Of a stretch of DNA of 64,000 bases, positions 8,184-17,700 are shown one piece after another. Where the stretch lies: contig JBPRGF010000018.1 in assembly GCA_051418015.1 (NCBI GenBank), positions 32,001-96,000 on the forward strand. Reading direction: 5' to 3'. Origin of the DNA: Candidatus Nitrospinota bacterium M3_3B_026. Its GTDB lineage: Bacteria > Nitrospinota_A > UBA7883 > JBPRGF01. A program made the translations under genes and the position numbers. Numbering within the stretch: the stretch's first letter is position 1; each line of letters starts with the position of its first letter. The notes below the pieces were generated by a model, which did not search any database, was not told the origin of the DNA, and saw nothing but the letters and a program-made list of their open reading frames with translations.

Positions 8184-8663
8184 ATGGCCAAGGAGTGGGG
8201 GACGATAACCGAAAACCTCAAAAAATTCGCCGAGGAGCAGAAGGTCTTCTATATCGCGTCGGCCTCGGGCGATGACGACGTGAACGTCTCCCCGAAAGGG
8301 GTGGCGCCGCTTCGCGTGGTGGACGAAAAGACGGTGATCTACCCCGACTACCACGGCTCCGGAAACCAGACCGCCAGGCACATTTCCGAGGGCGGCAAGG
8401 CGACGCTGCTTTTCAACTCCTACGGCGAAAAGCCGCTCATCCTGCGGTTCTACTGCAGGGGCCGCGTTGTGGCGAAAGGCGGCGAGGAGTTCGAAAAACT
8501 CTGCCGGGAGCATTACTCCGGCCTCGACCCTCAACAATTCCGCCAGCTCTTCGTCTTCGACGTCTACCGCGTGCAGACAAGCTGCGGCTATGGCGTGCCG
8601 ATGATGAAGTACGTCGGCGACAGGAGCGGCGCGCCGTATTTCAAGGAGCTGTACGGACAGTAG
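8184..8663 (+). CDS. Pyridoxamine 5'-phosphate oxidase family (FMN-binding split barrel) protein
   Basis: VNVSPKG, DYHGSGNQT, PLILRFY, QTSCGYGVP; GAGGAGG RBS. Confidence 0.85.
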   Translation: MAKEWGTITENLKKFAEEQKVFYIASASGDDDVNVSPKGVAPLRVVDEKTVIYPDYHGSGNQTARHISEGGKATLLFNSYGEKPLILRFYCRGRVVAKGGEEFEKLCREHYSGLDPQQFRQLFVFDVYRVQTSCGYGVPMMKYVGDRSGAPYFKELYGQ

Positions 8664-8678
8664 CGGTTCCGCCGCCTC

Positions 8679-9560
8679 TCAGCGCGGGGCCAGGACTCCG
8701 CTTTTGAGAAAATGTTCGCCGAAAGGATCGCTCCCCGCCGTGGCGATGTAATAGACGCGGTAAGAGCCGCCCGGCAGCTCTACCGCCGTGGGGTCAAGCG
8801 CGTTGCCGCCCCCGCTTTCTTCTATGACCGGGCTGGTCTCGACGCTCCAGGTCAGGCCGTCGTCCGATGTCCCCACGTAGATCTTCTGTGGGGGCTGGCC
8901 CGGCCCCGTGGCGAAAAGGCCGACCCAGCCACCATCCTCGGCTTTCAATATATATGGATCGACGAAGCCGCCGGTCGTTCTGTAGCCCGCCTCTTCGGTG
9001 AAGCTGACGCCGTCGGCCGCGACGGCGCTCTTTATGACCTCCAGCGACCCCGTCTCCGAGTCCACCCAAAAAATTCTGACCCTCCCGTCCGGCGCCATGA
9101 TCGTGTCCGGCACGCCCCAGGCCTGCGTTCCGGTGGTGTTTTTAATCCCCGTGGCCGCCTCCGGGGTGAAGGTCAGCCCGTCGGGCGACGTGGCGGTCAT
9201 GATCTCCTCCCCGCCGCCGACGTAATACATCCGCCAGGAGCCGCCGGGAAGCTCTATCAGGGTCGGGTCGGAGCCTTCCGGGGGCGAGGCGTCATTTCGC
9301 TGGAAGGACAGGCCGTCCGCCGCTGTGTAGACTCCCATCCCGCCGACGCCGGTGGTGTAGAGCCTGACGGAGCCGCCCGGCAACGTGACCGCCTCCGGCG
9401 ACACCACGTCCGTTATCCCGAAATCCACGTTGTCGGGGGTGAAAGTCCACGCCGACGCGCCACCGCCCCCGCCATTGTCCTGGGCCGCGCCGTTCCCTCC
9501 GCCTCCGCCGCAAGCGGCGGCGATAAGAATGAACAGCGGTAAAAGGTGTTTTGGTCTCAT
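8679..9560 (-). CDS. Lipoprotein with a 5-bladed beta-propeller glycosyl-hydrolase-like fold
   Basis: Lipobox AAA-C; repeated DP/xP blade starts and T/S-x-DG-L/V-x-F/W Asp-box-like repeats. Confidence 0.65.
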   Translation of the reverse strand: MRPKHLLPLFILIAAACGGGGGNGAAQDNGGGGGASAWTFTPDNVDFGITDVVSPEAVTLPGGSVRLYTTGVGGMGVYTAADGLSFQRNDASPPEGSDPTLIELPGGSWRMYYVGGGEEIMTATSPDGLTFTPEAATGIKNTTGTQAWGVPDTIMAPDGRVRIFWVDSETGSLEVIKSAVAADGVSFTEEAGYRTTGGFVDPYILKAEDGGWVGLFATGPGQPPQKIYVGTSDDGLTWSVETSPVIEESGGGNALDPTAVELPGGSYRVYYIATAGSDPFGEHFLKSGVLAPR

Positions 9561-9631
9561 GGCGCCCCTCCTTGTGTTCATAACTTCCATCAAACCCGCC
9601 CGGCTCCGAAAAAAGGCGGCGGCCCGCTCCC

Positions 9632-10273
9632 TCACCTTTTTACCGCCGCGCCCATGTACATCTGCCCCAGATTTTTTATCGTCCGGGGGACGAGCCAGAG
9701 CCCGTCGTCCATAAGGAACTTTTCGAGCCGGACGATCTCGAGCCCGCTGTCTTTAACGAGCTGTTCAATGTCCCGGTCGAGATGGCACCCGTCCCCGATT
9801 ATCTTCTGGATGGGGTTGAGCCGCCTCTGCCATCTGCGCGCCGCCTCATCATCGCTGCGCCCATGTTCGAGAAAGAAAAAGACCCCGCCCGGTTTGAGGA
9901 CGCGGCGCGCCTCCGAGAGGGCCTTCTCCACCTCCGGGATGCTGCACAGCGCGCAGGTCGTCACCACGCTGTCGAACGAGCCGTCCTCCATCGGCAGCGC
10001 CTCTCCGCTCATGGTGTGATACTCCACCTTCAAAGGCGAGGCGGCAATCCGCCTGCGGGCGATTTTCTCGACGCCTTCGTTGGAGTCCACGGCGACGAGG
10101 CTCTCCACCTCCACCGGATAACTCGGAAGGTTCAGCCCCGTGCCGAAACCGATCTCAAGGGCCCTGCCCCGGATGTCCGACAGGGCCGCCTGCCGCCATC
10201 CCCCCAGCGTCCGGCCGGACATGAAAACGTCCATCAGACGGGGGAATATCACCCTGGAATAGAACCCGCTCAT
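9632..10273 (-). CDS. Class I SAM-dependent methyltransferase
   Basis: LEIGFGTGLN, SFDSVV, RVLKPGG..FLEHG. Confidence 0.9.
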   Translation of the reverse strand: MSGFYSRVIFPRLMDVFMSGRTLGGWRQAALSDIRGRALEIGFGTGLNLPSYPVEVESLVAVDSNEGVEKIARRRIAASPLKVEYHTMSGEALPMEDGSFDSVVTTCALCSIPEVEKALSEARRVLKPGGVFFFLEHGRSDDEAARRWQRRLNPIQKIIGDGCHLDRDIEQLVKDSGLEIVRLEKFLMDDGLWLVPRTIKNLGQMYMGAAVKR

Positions 10274-10304
10274 AACGTCTCAGTCGCCTCTTGGCTTTTT
10301 CCAC

Positions 10305-10465
10305 TCTCCCCTCCCCTGGAGGGAGGGTTTTTGAGGTTGAGGCCCGAAACCCAAACGCGCCCACGAAAGTCAGCAAATCTCCCCTTCCCCGGCGTGAGGG
10401 GATTAAGGGGAGGGGGTATAGTAAATTCATACACCCCCGCCTTTATCCTTGGCGAGAAGGAGGGC
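10305..10465. repeat. REP-like C/G-rich palindromic cluster
   Basis: tctcccctcccc...gggaggg and tctccccttcccc...ggggattaaggggagggggt, the latter with a downstream imperfect complement acccccgcctttatcc. Confidence 0.55.
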
Positions 10466-10502
10466 GACATTTGTGAAACAGCCGTTCAGGCCTCCGCGGC
10501 GG

Positions 10503-10820
10503 CTACAGGGTCCGCAGGTACTCCACGATGGCCCCCAGTTGTTTCGGGTCGCACGCGCCGGTGGGGGGGCAGTTGTGCGCGGCCCTTTCCATCAGCTGGT
10601 CGTGGGTGTATTTTTTGCCAACTCCCTTGAACGAAGGGCCCATGCCCCCCTCCGCGCCGGTCGGTCCGTGGCATTTGAAGCATTTGAACTTCGCCGACTG
10701 GTAGAGCTCCTTGCCCTTCGCCGCTTTCGATGACATGTTCGACGACGCCCCTGCCGCGGCGGCGAGGAAAACGGCGGCGAGGATGGTAAACGTGACCGAA
10801 AGAGCTTTTGTCCTTGTCAT
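10503..10820 (-). CDS. Small monoheme c-type cytochrome
   Basis: Signal peptide, GKELY...CFKCHG, GPSF and C-terminal helix IVEYL. Confidence 0.85.
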   Translation of the reverse strand: MTRTKALSVTFTILAAVFLAAAAGASSNMSSKAAKGKELYQSAKFKCFKCHGPTGAEGGMGPSFKGVGKKYTHDQLMERAAHNCPPTGACDPKQLGAIVEYLRTL

Positions 10821-10948
10821 GCCGACTCCTGAATTATAAGTTTCAAGCTCATCCCGCGCGCCCCCGGCGCGCCCTTGCAAAGCCGTTTTACCATGATTAT
10901 GCTAGCATACCGTTCTGGAAGCCGCGAAAAGAGAGAAAGAGGGAGAAA

Positions 10949-11428
10949 ATGGGCGCGCTGGACGATTTCCTCGAAAAACAAGGGGTGGTGACCGGGCATC
11001 TGGCCGCGGCGGCGGAACAGATTCCCGAGGAGAAGGCCGCGTGGGCGCCGTGCGAAAAATGCCTGCCGTGGCTCTATCTCATCCATCACACCAGCATCCA
11101 CAGGGCGCTTTTCCTGAAGATTTTCAAGGGTGAGCCATACGACTTCCCCGGCTGCTACACTGCCCCTGAGAACCAGGCGAAAAACCCGAAAGAGGCCGCG
11201 CAGGTAATCACAAGCTCCTGGGAGGAGTTCAGGGCCTACCTCGAATCCCAACCGGAGGATTTCGTGGGAAGGGAGTTCGACCCGCCCTGGGGCGGACCGG
11301 GGATCACCGTGGAGAACATGCTCTGGTGGATGCATGAGGAGAGCGTCCACCACAGGGGCCAGGCGTGGATGTACGCCAGGATGAACGGGATCACCCCGCC
11401 GCCGATATGGGGCACAGAGGAGGCCTGA
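10949..11428 (+). CDS. DinB/YfiT family protein
   Basis: H in LIHHT and C-terminal HEESVHHRGQ metal-binding motif. Confidence 0.8.
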   Translation: MGALDDFLEKQGVVTGHLAAAAEQIPEEKAAWAPCEKCLPWLYLIHHTSIHRALFLKIFKGEPYDFPGCYTAPENQAKNPKEAAQVITSSWEEFRAYLESQPEDFVGREFDPPWGGPGITVENMLWWMHEESVHHRGQAWMYARMNGITPPPIWGTEEA

Positions 11429-11454
11429 CAGGTTGTCAAAAAACTATTTCCAAT

Positions 11455-11545
11455 TGTCATCCTGAGCGAAGCGAAAAATCCCGTTGCCCTCTCGGTAATG
11501 AGAGTCTTTGCCTTCGGCCCAGGGGGGGGCGGGCTCAGCATGAGA
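11455..11545. repeat. Degenerate copy of the 3137-3259 palindromic element
   Basis: tgtcatcctgagcgaagcgaaaaatc...gctcagcatgaga versus tgtcattctgagcgcagcgaagaatc...ctcagaatgaca. Confidence 0.6.
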
Positions 11546-11627
11546 TACTAAATAAACGGCGCCGTCCCGAGGCGGGAGCCGAAAGGTTTTGAGTTTCGCC
11601 GGGCAGGGCCGGCAAAAGGATGGCGGT

Positions 11628-12239
11628 ATGGCGGAAAGGCTGATATTCATCCGGCACGGCGTTACCGGGCTGAACCTCCAGAAAAGGTTCATCGGCGCCA
11701 CGGACGCCCCCCTGGCCCCCGAGGGCGAGCGCCAGGCCGAAAGGCTGGCCGCGCCGCTGGGCAGGATCGGGCCGGACAGGATACTCTCAAGCCCCATGAG
11801 ACGAGCCGTCGCCACCGCCGAGATCGCCTCCGAAGGGCTGGGGCTGGAGATCGAGATAGACGAAAACCTCAGGGAGATAGACTTCGGCGAGTGGGAAGGG
11901 CTCACTTTCGAGCGGATCGAGGCGAAATACGGCGAGGCGGCCAGACGCTGGACGAAGTGGGAGGAGGATTTCGAGTTTCCCGGCGGCGAGCGGATCGGGG
12001 ACTTTTTTGAGAGGGTGAGAAGAGTCCGCCGCAGGCTGGAGGCCGATCCCGCGGAAAACCTGGCCGTTTTCACCCACAGCGGCCTGATCCGCGTCCTGCT
12101 ATGCTTTCTTTTCGATATACCGGCGAGCAATTTTTTCTCTTTTCGCATAGCGCCGGGCTCGATCACGGTGGTGGAGATGGGCGGGGGCCATGCCTCCCTC
12201 GCCGCCATGTGGCGGCCGGGCGATTACGGATCGGCTTAA
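11628..12239 (+). CDS. cobC: Alpha-ribazole phosphatase (histidine phosphatase family)
   Basis: RHG motif, LREIDFGEWEG, FPGGE; lies upstream of cobU and cobS. Confidence 0.8.
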   Translation: MAERLIFIRHGVTGLNLQKRFIGATDAPLAPEGERQAERLAAPLGRIGPDRILSSPMRRAVATAEIASEGLGLEIEIDENLREIDFGEWEGLTFERIEAKYGEAARRWTKWEEDFEFPGGERIGDFFERVRRVRRRLEADPAENLAVFTHSGLIRVLLCFLFDIPASNFFSFRIAPGSITVVEMGGGHASLAAMWRPGDYGSA

Positions 12240-12240
12240 G

Positions 12241-12777
12241 ATGGGCGGGATAATCCTTGTCACCGGCGGGGCGCGGAGCGGCAAGAGCGCCCACGCGCTC
12301 AGGATCGCCGAGAGGACGCCTCCTCCCCGCGCTTATGTCGCCACCTGCCCTCCCCTGGACGACGAGATGGAAAAAAGGATAGAGGCCCACCGCCGGGCCA
12401 GGGAGGGGCTGGGGTACAAAACGATCGAGGAATGGCTGGACATCCCCGGCGCCCTGGCCAGGGCGGAAGGCGCCAGCGCCGCCGTCGTGGACTGCCTGAC
12501 GCTGTGGGTCGGCAACATGATGATGAACGCGGAGAAGGAAGACGCCGTCTTCACCGAAGAGGAGGCCGCCCGCGCCGCCGGGGAGGCCGCCCGCGCCTGC
12601 CGGGCCGCCGGGTTCCCCGTGATCCTCGTCACGAACGAGGTCGGGATGGGCGTCATCCCCGCAAGCGAGCAGGCCCGGAGGTTCGTGGACGCGGCGGGGA
12701 GGGTGAACCAGGTGATGGCGGCCGCGGCGGACGAGGTCTGGCTCGTGGCAAGCGGTATCCCGATGCGCCTGAAATGA
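12241..12777 (+). CDS. cobU: Adenosylcobinamide kinase/guanylyltransferase
   Basis: GGARSGKS, DDEM..RI..H, DCLTLW, VTNEVGMG. Confidence 0.93.
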   Translation: MGGIILVTGGARSGKSAHALRIAERTPPPRAYVATCPPLDDEMEKRIEAHRRAREGLGYKTIEEWLDIPGALARAEGASAAVVDCLTLWVGNMMMNAEKEDAVFTEEEAARAAGEAARACRAAGFPVILVTNEVGMGVIPASEQARRFVDAAGRVNQVMAAAADEVWLVASGIPMRLK

Positions 12778-12846
12778 AATTTTTCGAGTTTATGGGGGTG
12801 CATAAACGGCCCGCGCCGTCTCGCCCCGATGGAGGTCTTTCTTGAA

Positions 12847-13593
12847 ATGAAAGATTTTCAGGCCGCCCTCGCCTTTCTCACCATCATCCCAGCGTTGCGG
12901 CGCGGGGACTCGGGCGGGGAGCGGCTCGCCGCCGCCGTTTTCTACTTTCCCGTTGTCGGGCTTGTCATAGGCCTTGCCGCCGCGGGGCTGGATTTTCTTT
13001 TTACGCAGGTTCTGCCTTCCGGCCCCGCCGCCGCGCTCACCGTGGCCGTTATGGCGGCCGTCTCCGGCGGTCTGCACATGGACGGGCTTTCGGACACGGC
13101 GGACGGCTTCATGAGCGGCGCGGGAAGGCGGGAAAGGATTCTGGAGATCATGTCCGACAGCCGCGCCGGGCCGATGGGCGTCCTGGCCGTCGTTCTCGCC
13201 GTCGCCTTGAAGGTGACGGCGCTGGGGGCCATCGAGGGCGCCGCGAGGTGGCAGGCGGTGGCCCTCGCGCCCCTTGCGGGAAGGTGTCTTGTGGCGTTCG
13301 CCATGTCGGCCCTTCCCTACGTGAAGAAAGAGGGCCTGGGAGCCGCCTTCCGGCAGGCGGGAACGCCCCTGAACGCCGCCTGGGCTGTTCTCTTTTTCAT
13401 TCTGGCGGCGGCCGCGCTGGGCGGGTGGATGGGCGCCGCCGTCCTCGCGGCCTGCGCCACCTCGGTGTGCGCTCTTTGTCTTCTGTCTCTGCGGACGATA
13501 GGCGGGATGACAGGCGACGTCTACGGCGCGGTGTGCGAAACCGCGGAGACCGCCGCCCTCCTCGCCGCCGCGGCCTGGGTATACGGCGGATGA
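12847..13593 (+). CDS. cobS: Adenosylcobinamide-GDP ribazoletransferase
   Basis: GGLHMDGLSDTADG, IMSDSRAG, GGMTGDVYGA. Confidence 0.93.
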   Translation: MKDFQAALAFLTIIPALRRGDSGGERLAAAVFYFPVVGLVIGLAAAGLDFLFTQVLPSGPAAALTVAVMAAVSGGLHMDGLSDTADGFMSGAGRRERILEIMSDSRAGPMGVLAVVLAVALKVTALGAIEGAARWQAVALAPLAGRCLVAFAMSALPYVKKEGLGAAFRQAGTPLNAAWAVLFFILAAAALGGWMGAAVLAACATSVCALCLLSLRTIGGMTGDVYGAVCETAETAALLAAAAWVYGG

Positions 13594-13671
13594 CCCGGAG
13601 CGTTCGCGTCTTCGTCTGTGCGGGGTTGTGTTGTAGAATGGTTTGAACCTGGTATAAACAGACGGCGCGGG

Positions 13672-13899
13672 ATGGAAGAAAAACAGCTCAAGTTTCTGAT
13701 CTACGTGATAACCGCCGGAGTGGGGGCCACCGTCATCACGATGTTCGCCTGGGGCCCTGCCGCCCGGTTCATGGACAGGATCCAGCCGGACCCGGAAAAG
13801 CGGTTCAAGATCGTCTTTCTGATCGGTCTGGCCCTGTTCGTGATCGTCGGGGTCGCCATGTCCATCGGCATAATGCTCAAACTGCTCGGTGTGGTGTGA
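13672..13899 (+). CDS. Small two-TM membrane protein
   Basis: Two hydrophobic segments; its stop overlaps the lipA GTG start. Confidence 0.6.
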   Translation: MEEKQLKFLIYVITAGVGATVITMFAWGPAARFMDRIQPDPEKRFKIVFLIGLALFVIVGVAMSIGIMLKLLGVV

Positions 13900-14777
13900 T
13901 AAAGCCCGAATGGCTGCGCAAGCCGCGGGCCCCTTTCATGGAGACCGCCGCCACGAGGGCGGCGCTGCGCGGCGGCGTGAACACGGTATGCGCCGAGGCG
14001 CGCTGTCCGAACATGGGGGAGTGCTACTCCGCCGGGACGGCGACGTTCATGATACTCGGCGCCGTCTGCTCGCGCCGGTGCGGGTTCTGCGCCGTGGATG
14101 GAGGAAGACCAGGGGAGGTGGACGCCGCCGAGCCTGGGCGGGTGGCCGCCGCCGCGGCGAGGCTGGGCCTTGCGCACGTGGTCATCACCTCCGTCACCCG
14201 TGACGACCTGCCCGACGGCGGCGCGTCCGTGTTCGCAAAAACCATCGCCGCCCTCCGCGAAAAGCTCCCCACCGCCGCGGTGGAGGTATTGACGCCGGAT
14301 TTCCGGGGCCGCGAGGATGCCATTCTGGCGGTGGCGGACACCGGGCCGGACGTATATAACCACAACGTGGAGACGGTCCCCGCCCTCTATGGCAGGGTCC
14401 GGCCGGGGGCGGATTACGCCGGTTCTCTCCGCCTTCTGCGGCTTGTGAAGGAGCGCGCGCCCTCGATGGCCACCAAGAGCGGGATCATGCTCGGCCTGGG
14501 GGAGACGATGGGGCAGGTCGCGGAGGTGATGGCGGACCTGAGAGGCGCGGGCTGTGACATTCTCACCATAGGCCAGTACCTGCGCCCGACGCTCGCGAGC
14601 CTGCCGGTGGCGGAATACGTCCCCCCGGCGATTTTCGAGCAGCTTGAAAGGCAGGGGCGCGATATGGGGTTCAGGCGCGTCTTCGCGGGCCCCTTCGTCC
14701 GCTCCTCCTATCACGCCGCGGAGGTATTCGCCGGTTCGCGGATGGAAGGCGCGCGGCCCGGCCCTACTCCAGCTTGA
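13896..14777 (+). CDS. lipA: Lipoyl synthase
   Basis: CAEARCPNMGEC, radical-SAM CSRRCGFC, RSSY. Confidence 0.95.
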   Translation: MIKPEWLRKPRAPFMETAATRAALRGGVNTVCAEARCPNMGECYSAGTATFMILGAVCSRRCGFCAVDGGRPGEVDAAEPGRVAAAAARLGLAHVVITSVTRDDLPDGGASVFAKTIAALREKLPTAAVEVLTPDFRGREDAILAVADTGPDVYNHNVETVPALYGRVRPGADYAGSLRLLRLVKERAPSMATKSGIMLGLGETMGQVAEVMADLRGAGCDILTIGQYLRPTLASLPVAEYVPPAIFEQLERQGRDMGFRRVFAGPFVRSSYHAAEVFAGSRMEGARPGPTPA

Positions 14778-17700
14778 CGCTTTCCGCTCCCAGCAGCCCC
14801 TCCAGCTCACAGACAAGCCCGTCATCGGCGCGGACGCCGACGTTCCTGGCTCTCAGGACCACCAGCCCCTTGCCGGGGATGGACATGTTCAGGTACACAG
14901 GGCAGGAGCCGGAGTGCTTTTCGAGGATGGATTTCAGCTCCATGAGCGTCTCTTTTTCCAGGCCGGGGGTGGACATGCTGACGCGCACGGAGTTAGTGAA
15001 CTCCGCCCGGGCCTGTGGGAAGGTCATGATCTCCTGGGCGATCACCTTCGCCCCCTTCTCCTCGTCCACGTCCGCCGTCCCCTTGATGAAGACCGGCTCG
15101 TCGCCCTCCAGAAGCTCCACGCTCTTGGCGTAGACGTCCGGCCATACGAGAGCCTCCGCCACGCCGCTCAAGTCCTCCAGGGTCAGGTAGGCCATGGTGT
15201 CGCCTTTTCTTGTGATCTGCGTCCTTTTGGCGATGACCACGCCGCCCATCCTGACCTCGCCCTTGTGGGGGGCCTTGGAGAGCCCGCCGGTGTCGTAGGT
15301 GGCGAGAAGTTTCAAGTCCTTGGCGTATTCCGTCAAGGGGTGGCCGGAGATGTAGAATCCCAGCGCTTCTTTTTCGTAAGCGAGCCGTTGTTTTTCCGGC
15401 CATTCCGGGGTGTCCTTTATTTTCACGCCGCCCGCGGCCGCCTCGTCCCCGCCGGAGGAGCCGAAGAGGGCCGCCTGGCCGATCTCCTTGTCCCTTTGCG
15501 TCTTCTGGGCCAGGGACATGGTCTCTTCGATAGACTCGAAGAGGGCGGCGCGGGTGTGGCCCAGGGAGTCGAAGGCCCCGCATTTTATCAGCGCCTCCAC
15601 CACCCGGCGGTTTATCGCCTGCGCCGGCGTCTCCTCCATGAAGTTCAAAAGGGAGGTGAACCGCCCCAGCCGCCTCCTCGTCTCGATGATAGCGTTCACG
15701 GTGGATGCCCCCACCCCCTTCACGGCGGCCAGGCCGAACCTTATCCCGTCTTTCGCCACGGTGAAGTCCCGCATGGACTCGTTGACATCCGGCGGCAGGG
15801 CCTCTATCCCCATCTCCCGCAGCTCCTGGATGCAGCGCAGGACCTTGTCGGAGTTGTCCATGTCCGAGGTTATGAGCGCGGCCATGTATTCTTTCGGGTA
15901 GTGGGCCTTCAGGTAAGCCGTCTGGTAGGCCACGAGGGCGTAGCAGGCGGAGTGGGACTTGTTGAACCCGTATTCGCCGAACTGCTCCAGCTTGCCCCAG
16001 AGCTCTTTGACTTTCTCCGCGTCGTGGCCCTTTTGCGCCGCGCCTTCGATGAATTGCTCGCGGACCTCGGCCATGATGTTCATGTTTTTTTTGCCCATGG
16101 CCTTGCGCAGCGTGTCCGCCTGGCCCAGGGAGAAGCCGGCCAGGACGTTGGCGATCTTCATCACCTGTTCCTGGTAGACGGTGACGCCGTAGGTCTCGCC
16201 CAGGATCGGCTCCAGCTCGGGGAACTCAAGCTCCACCTTCTCGTGGCCGTGCTTGCGGCGGACGTACTGGTCGGCCATGCCGGAGTTTATGGGGCCGGGC
16301 CTGTAGAGGGCGACGAGGGCGATTATGTCGCGGAAACCGGTCGGTTTCATCTTTCTTATCAGGTCGCGCATCCCCGTCGACTCCAGCTGGAACACCCCGA
16401 AAGTCCTGGCGGCGCGGAGAAGCTCGAAGGTCTTCGCGTCGTCCGGGAGGATGCTTTCGATGTCGAACGCCGGGTCGTGGGAGGCTTTTATCTGCTTTGC
16501 GGTGTTGTCTATCACCGTCAAGGTGCGAAGCCCCAGAAAATCCATCTTCAAAAGCCCCAGGCTTTCGATATCCTTCATCTGGTACTGGGTGGAGACCTCC
16601 CCGTTTTCCCCCGGCGGCTTGAAAAGCGGCATGAAGCTTGTCAGCGGCTCCGGGCTTATGACAACGCCCGCGGCGTGGGTGGAGGCGTGGCGGGCCGTGC
16701 CCTCGAGCCTTTTTGATATGTCCAGCAGCTTTTCGATCTGGGGGTTTTCCTCCTTGAGTTTTTTGAGCCGGGGCTCCTGCTCCACGGCCTTGTCCACGGT
16801 CATCTTCAGGTCGTGGGGGATGAGCTTGGCTATCTTGTCGGCCTGGGCGTAGGGGATGTCCATGACCCGGGCCACGTCGCGGACGACGGCCCGGGCCTTC
16901 ATCGTGCCGAAGGTTATGATCTGCGCCACGTGGCTCTGGCCGCCGTATTTTTCGCGGACGTAGTCTATGATCTCCCCGCGCCTGTCCATGCAGAAGTCTA
17001 TGTCTATATCCGGCATGGAGACTCGCTCCGGGTTCAGGAAACGCTCGAAGATGAGGCCGTACTTCATCGGGTCCAGGTTGGTTATCTTGAGGGCGTAGGC
17101 CACCATGGAGCCCGCCGCCGAGCCCCTGCCGGGCCCCACGGGTATCCCCTTGTCCCTGGCGTGGCGGATGAAATCCCAGGTGATGAGAAAATAGCCGGGG
17201 AAGCCCATCTTGTTTATTATCTCAAGCTCCGAGCGCAGCCTCTTCATGTACTCGGCCTTCCTCTCCGCTTCGATGGGTTTCCCCGTCTTTTCCGCCTGGA
17301 TGAAGCGCAGCTCCAGCCCGTGGGAGGCCATCTCCTCCAGATGCATGTCGATCGTGGTGTCGGCGGGGATGGGGAAGCTGGGCAGGTGATATTCCCCCTC
17401 CTCGAAGGTGAAGTTCAGCTCCTCGGCCACCTTCAGGGTGTTCTTTATCGCCTCCGGGACCTCGGCGAAAAGCGCCGCCATCTCCTCGGCCGATTTCACG
17501 TAAAACTGATCGCCCGGGTAGCGGAGCCTGTTCTCGTCCCTCAAAAGCTTCCCGGAGCCGATGCAAAGAAGCGCGTCGTGGGCCTCGGCGTCCTCGCGGT
17601 TGAGGTAGTGGGCGTCGTTGGTGGCGACGAGGGGCAGGTCCATCTTCCTGGCGAAGGGGAGCATGAGCCTGTTGACCTTTTTCTGCTCCTCCATGCCGTG

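Noticed and set aside
11428..11628. Cobalamin riboswitch upstream of cobC
   Set aside because: No recognisable B12-box or conserved core; the region is explained by the degenerate palindromic element.
14644..16716. 690-aa plus-strand ORF (similarly 38015-40375, 53082-55511, 4912-6306 and 20247-21827)
   Set aside because: Antisense shadows of dnaE, ppdK, yidC/jag, the PEPCK-like gene and guaB, expected from high GC3 codon bias; no motifs of their own.
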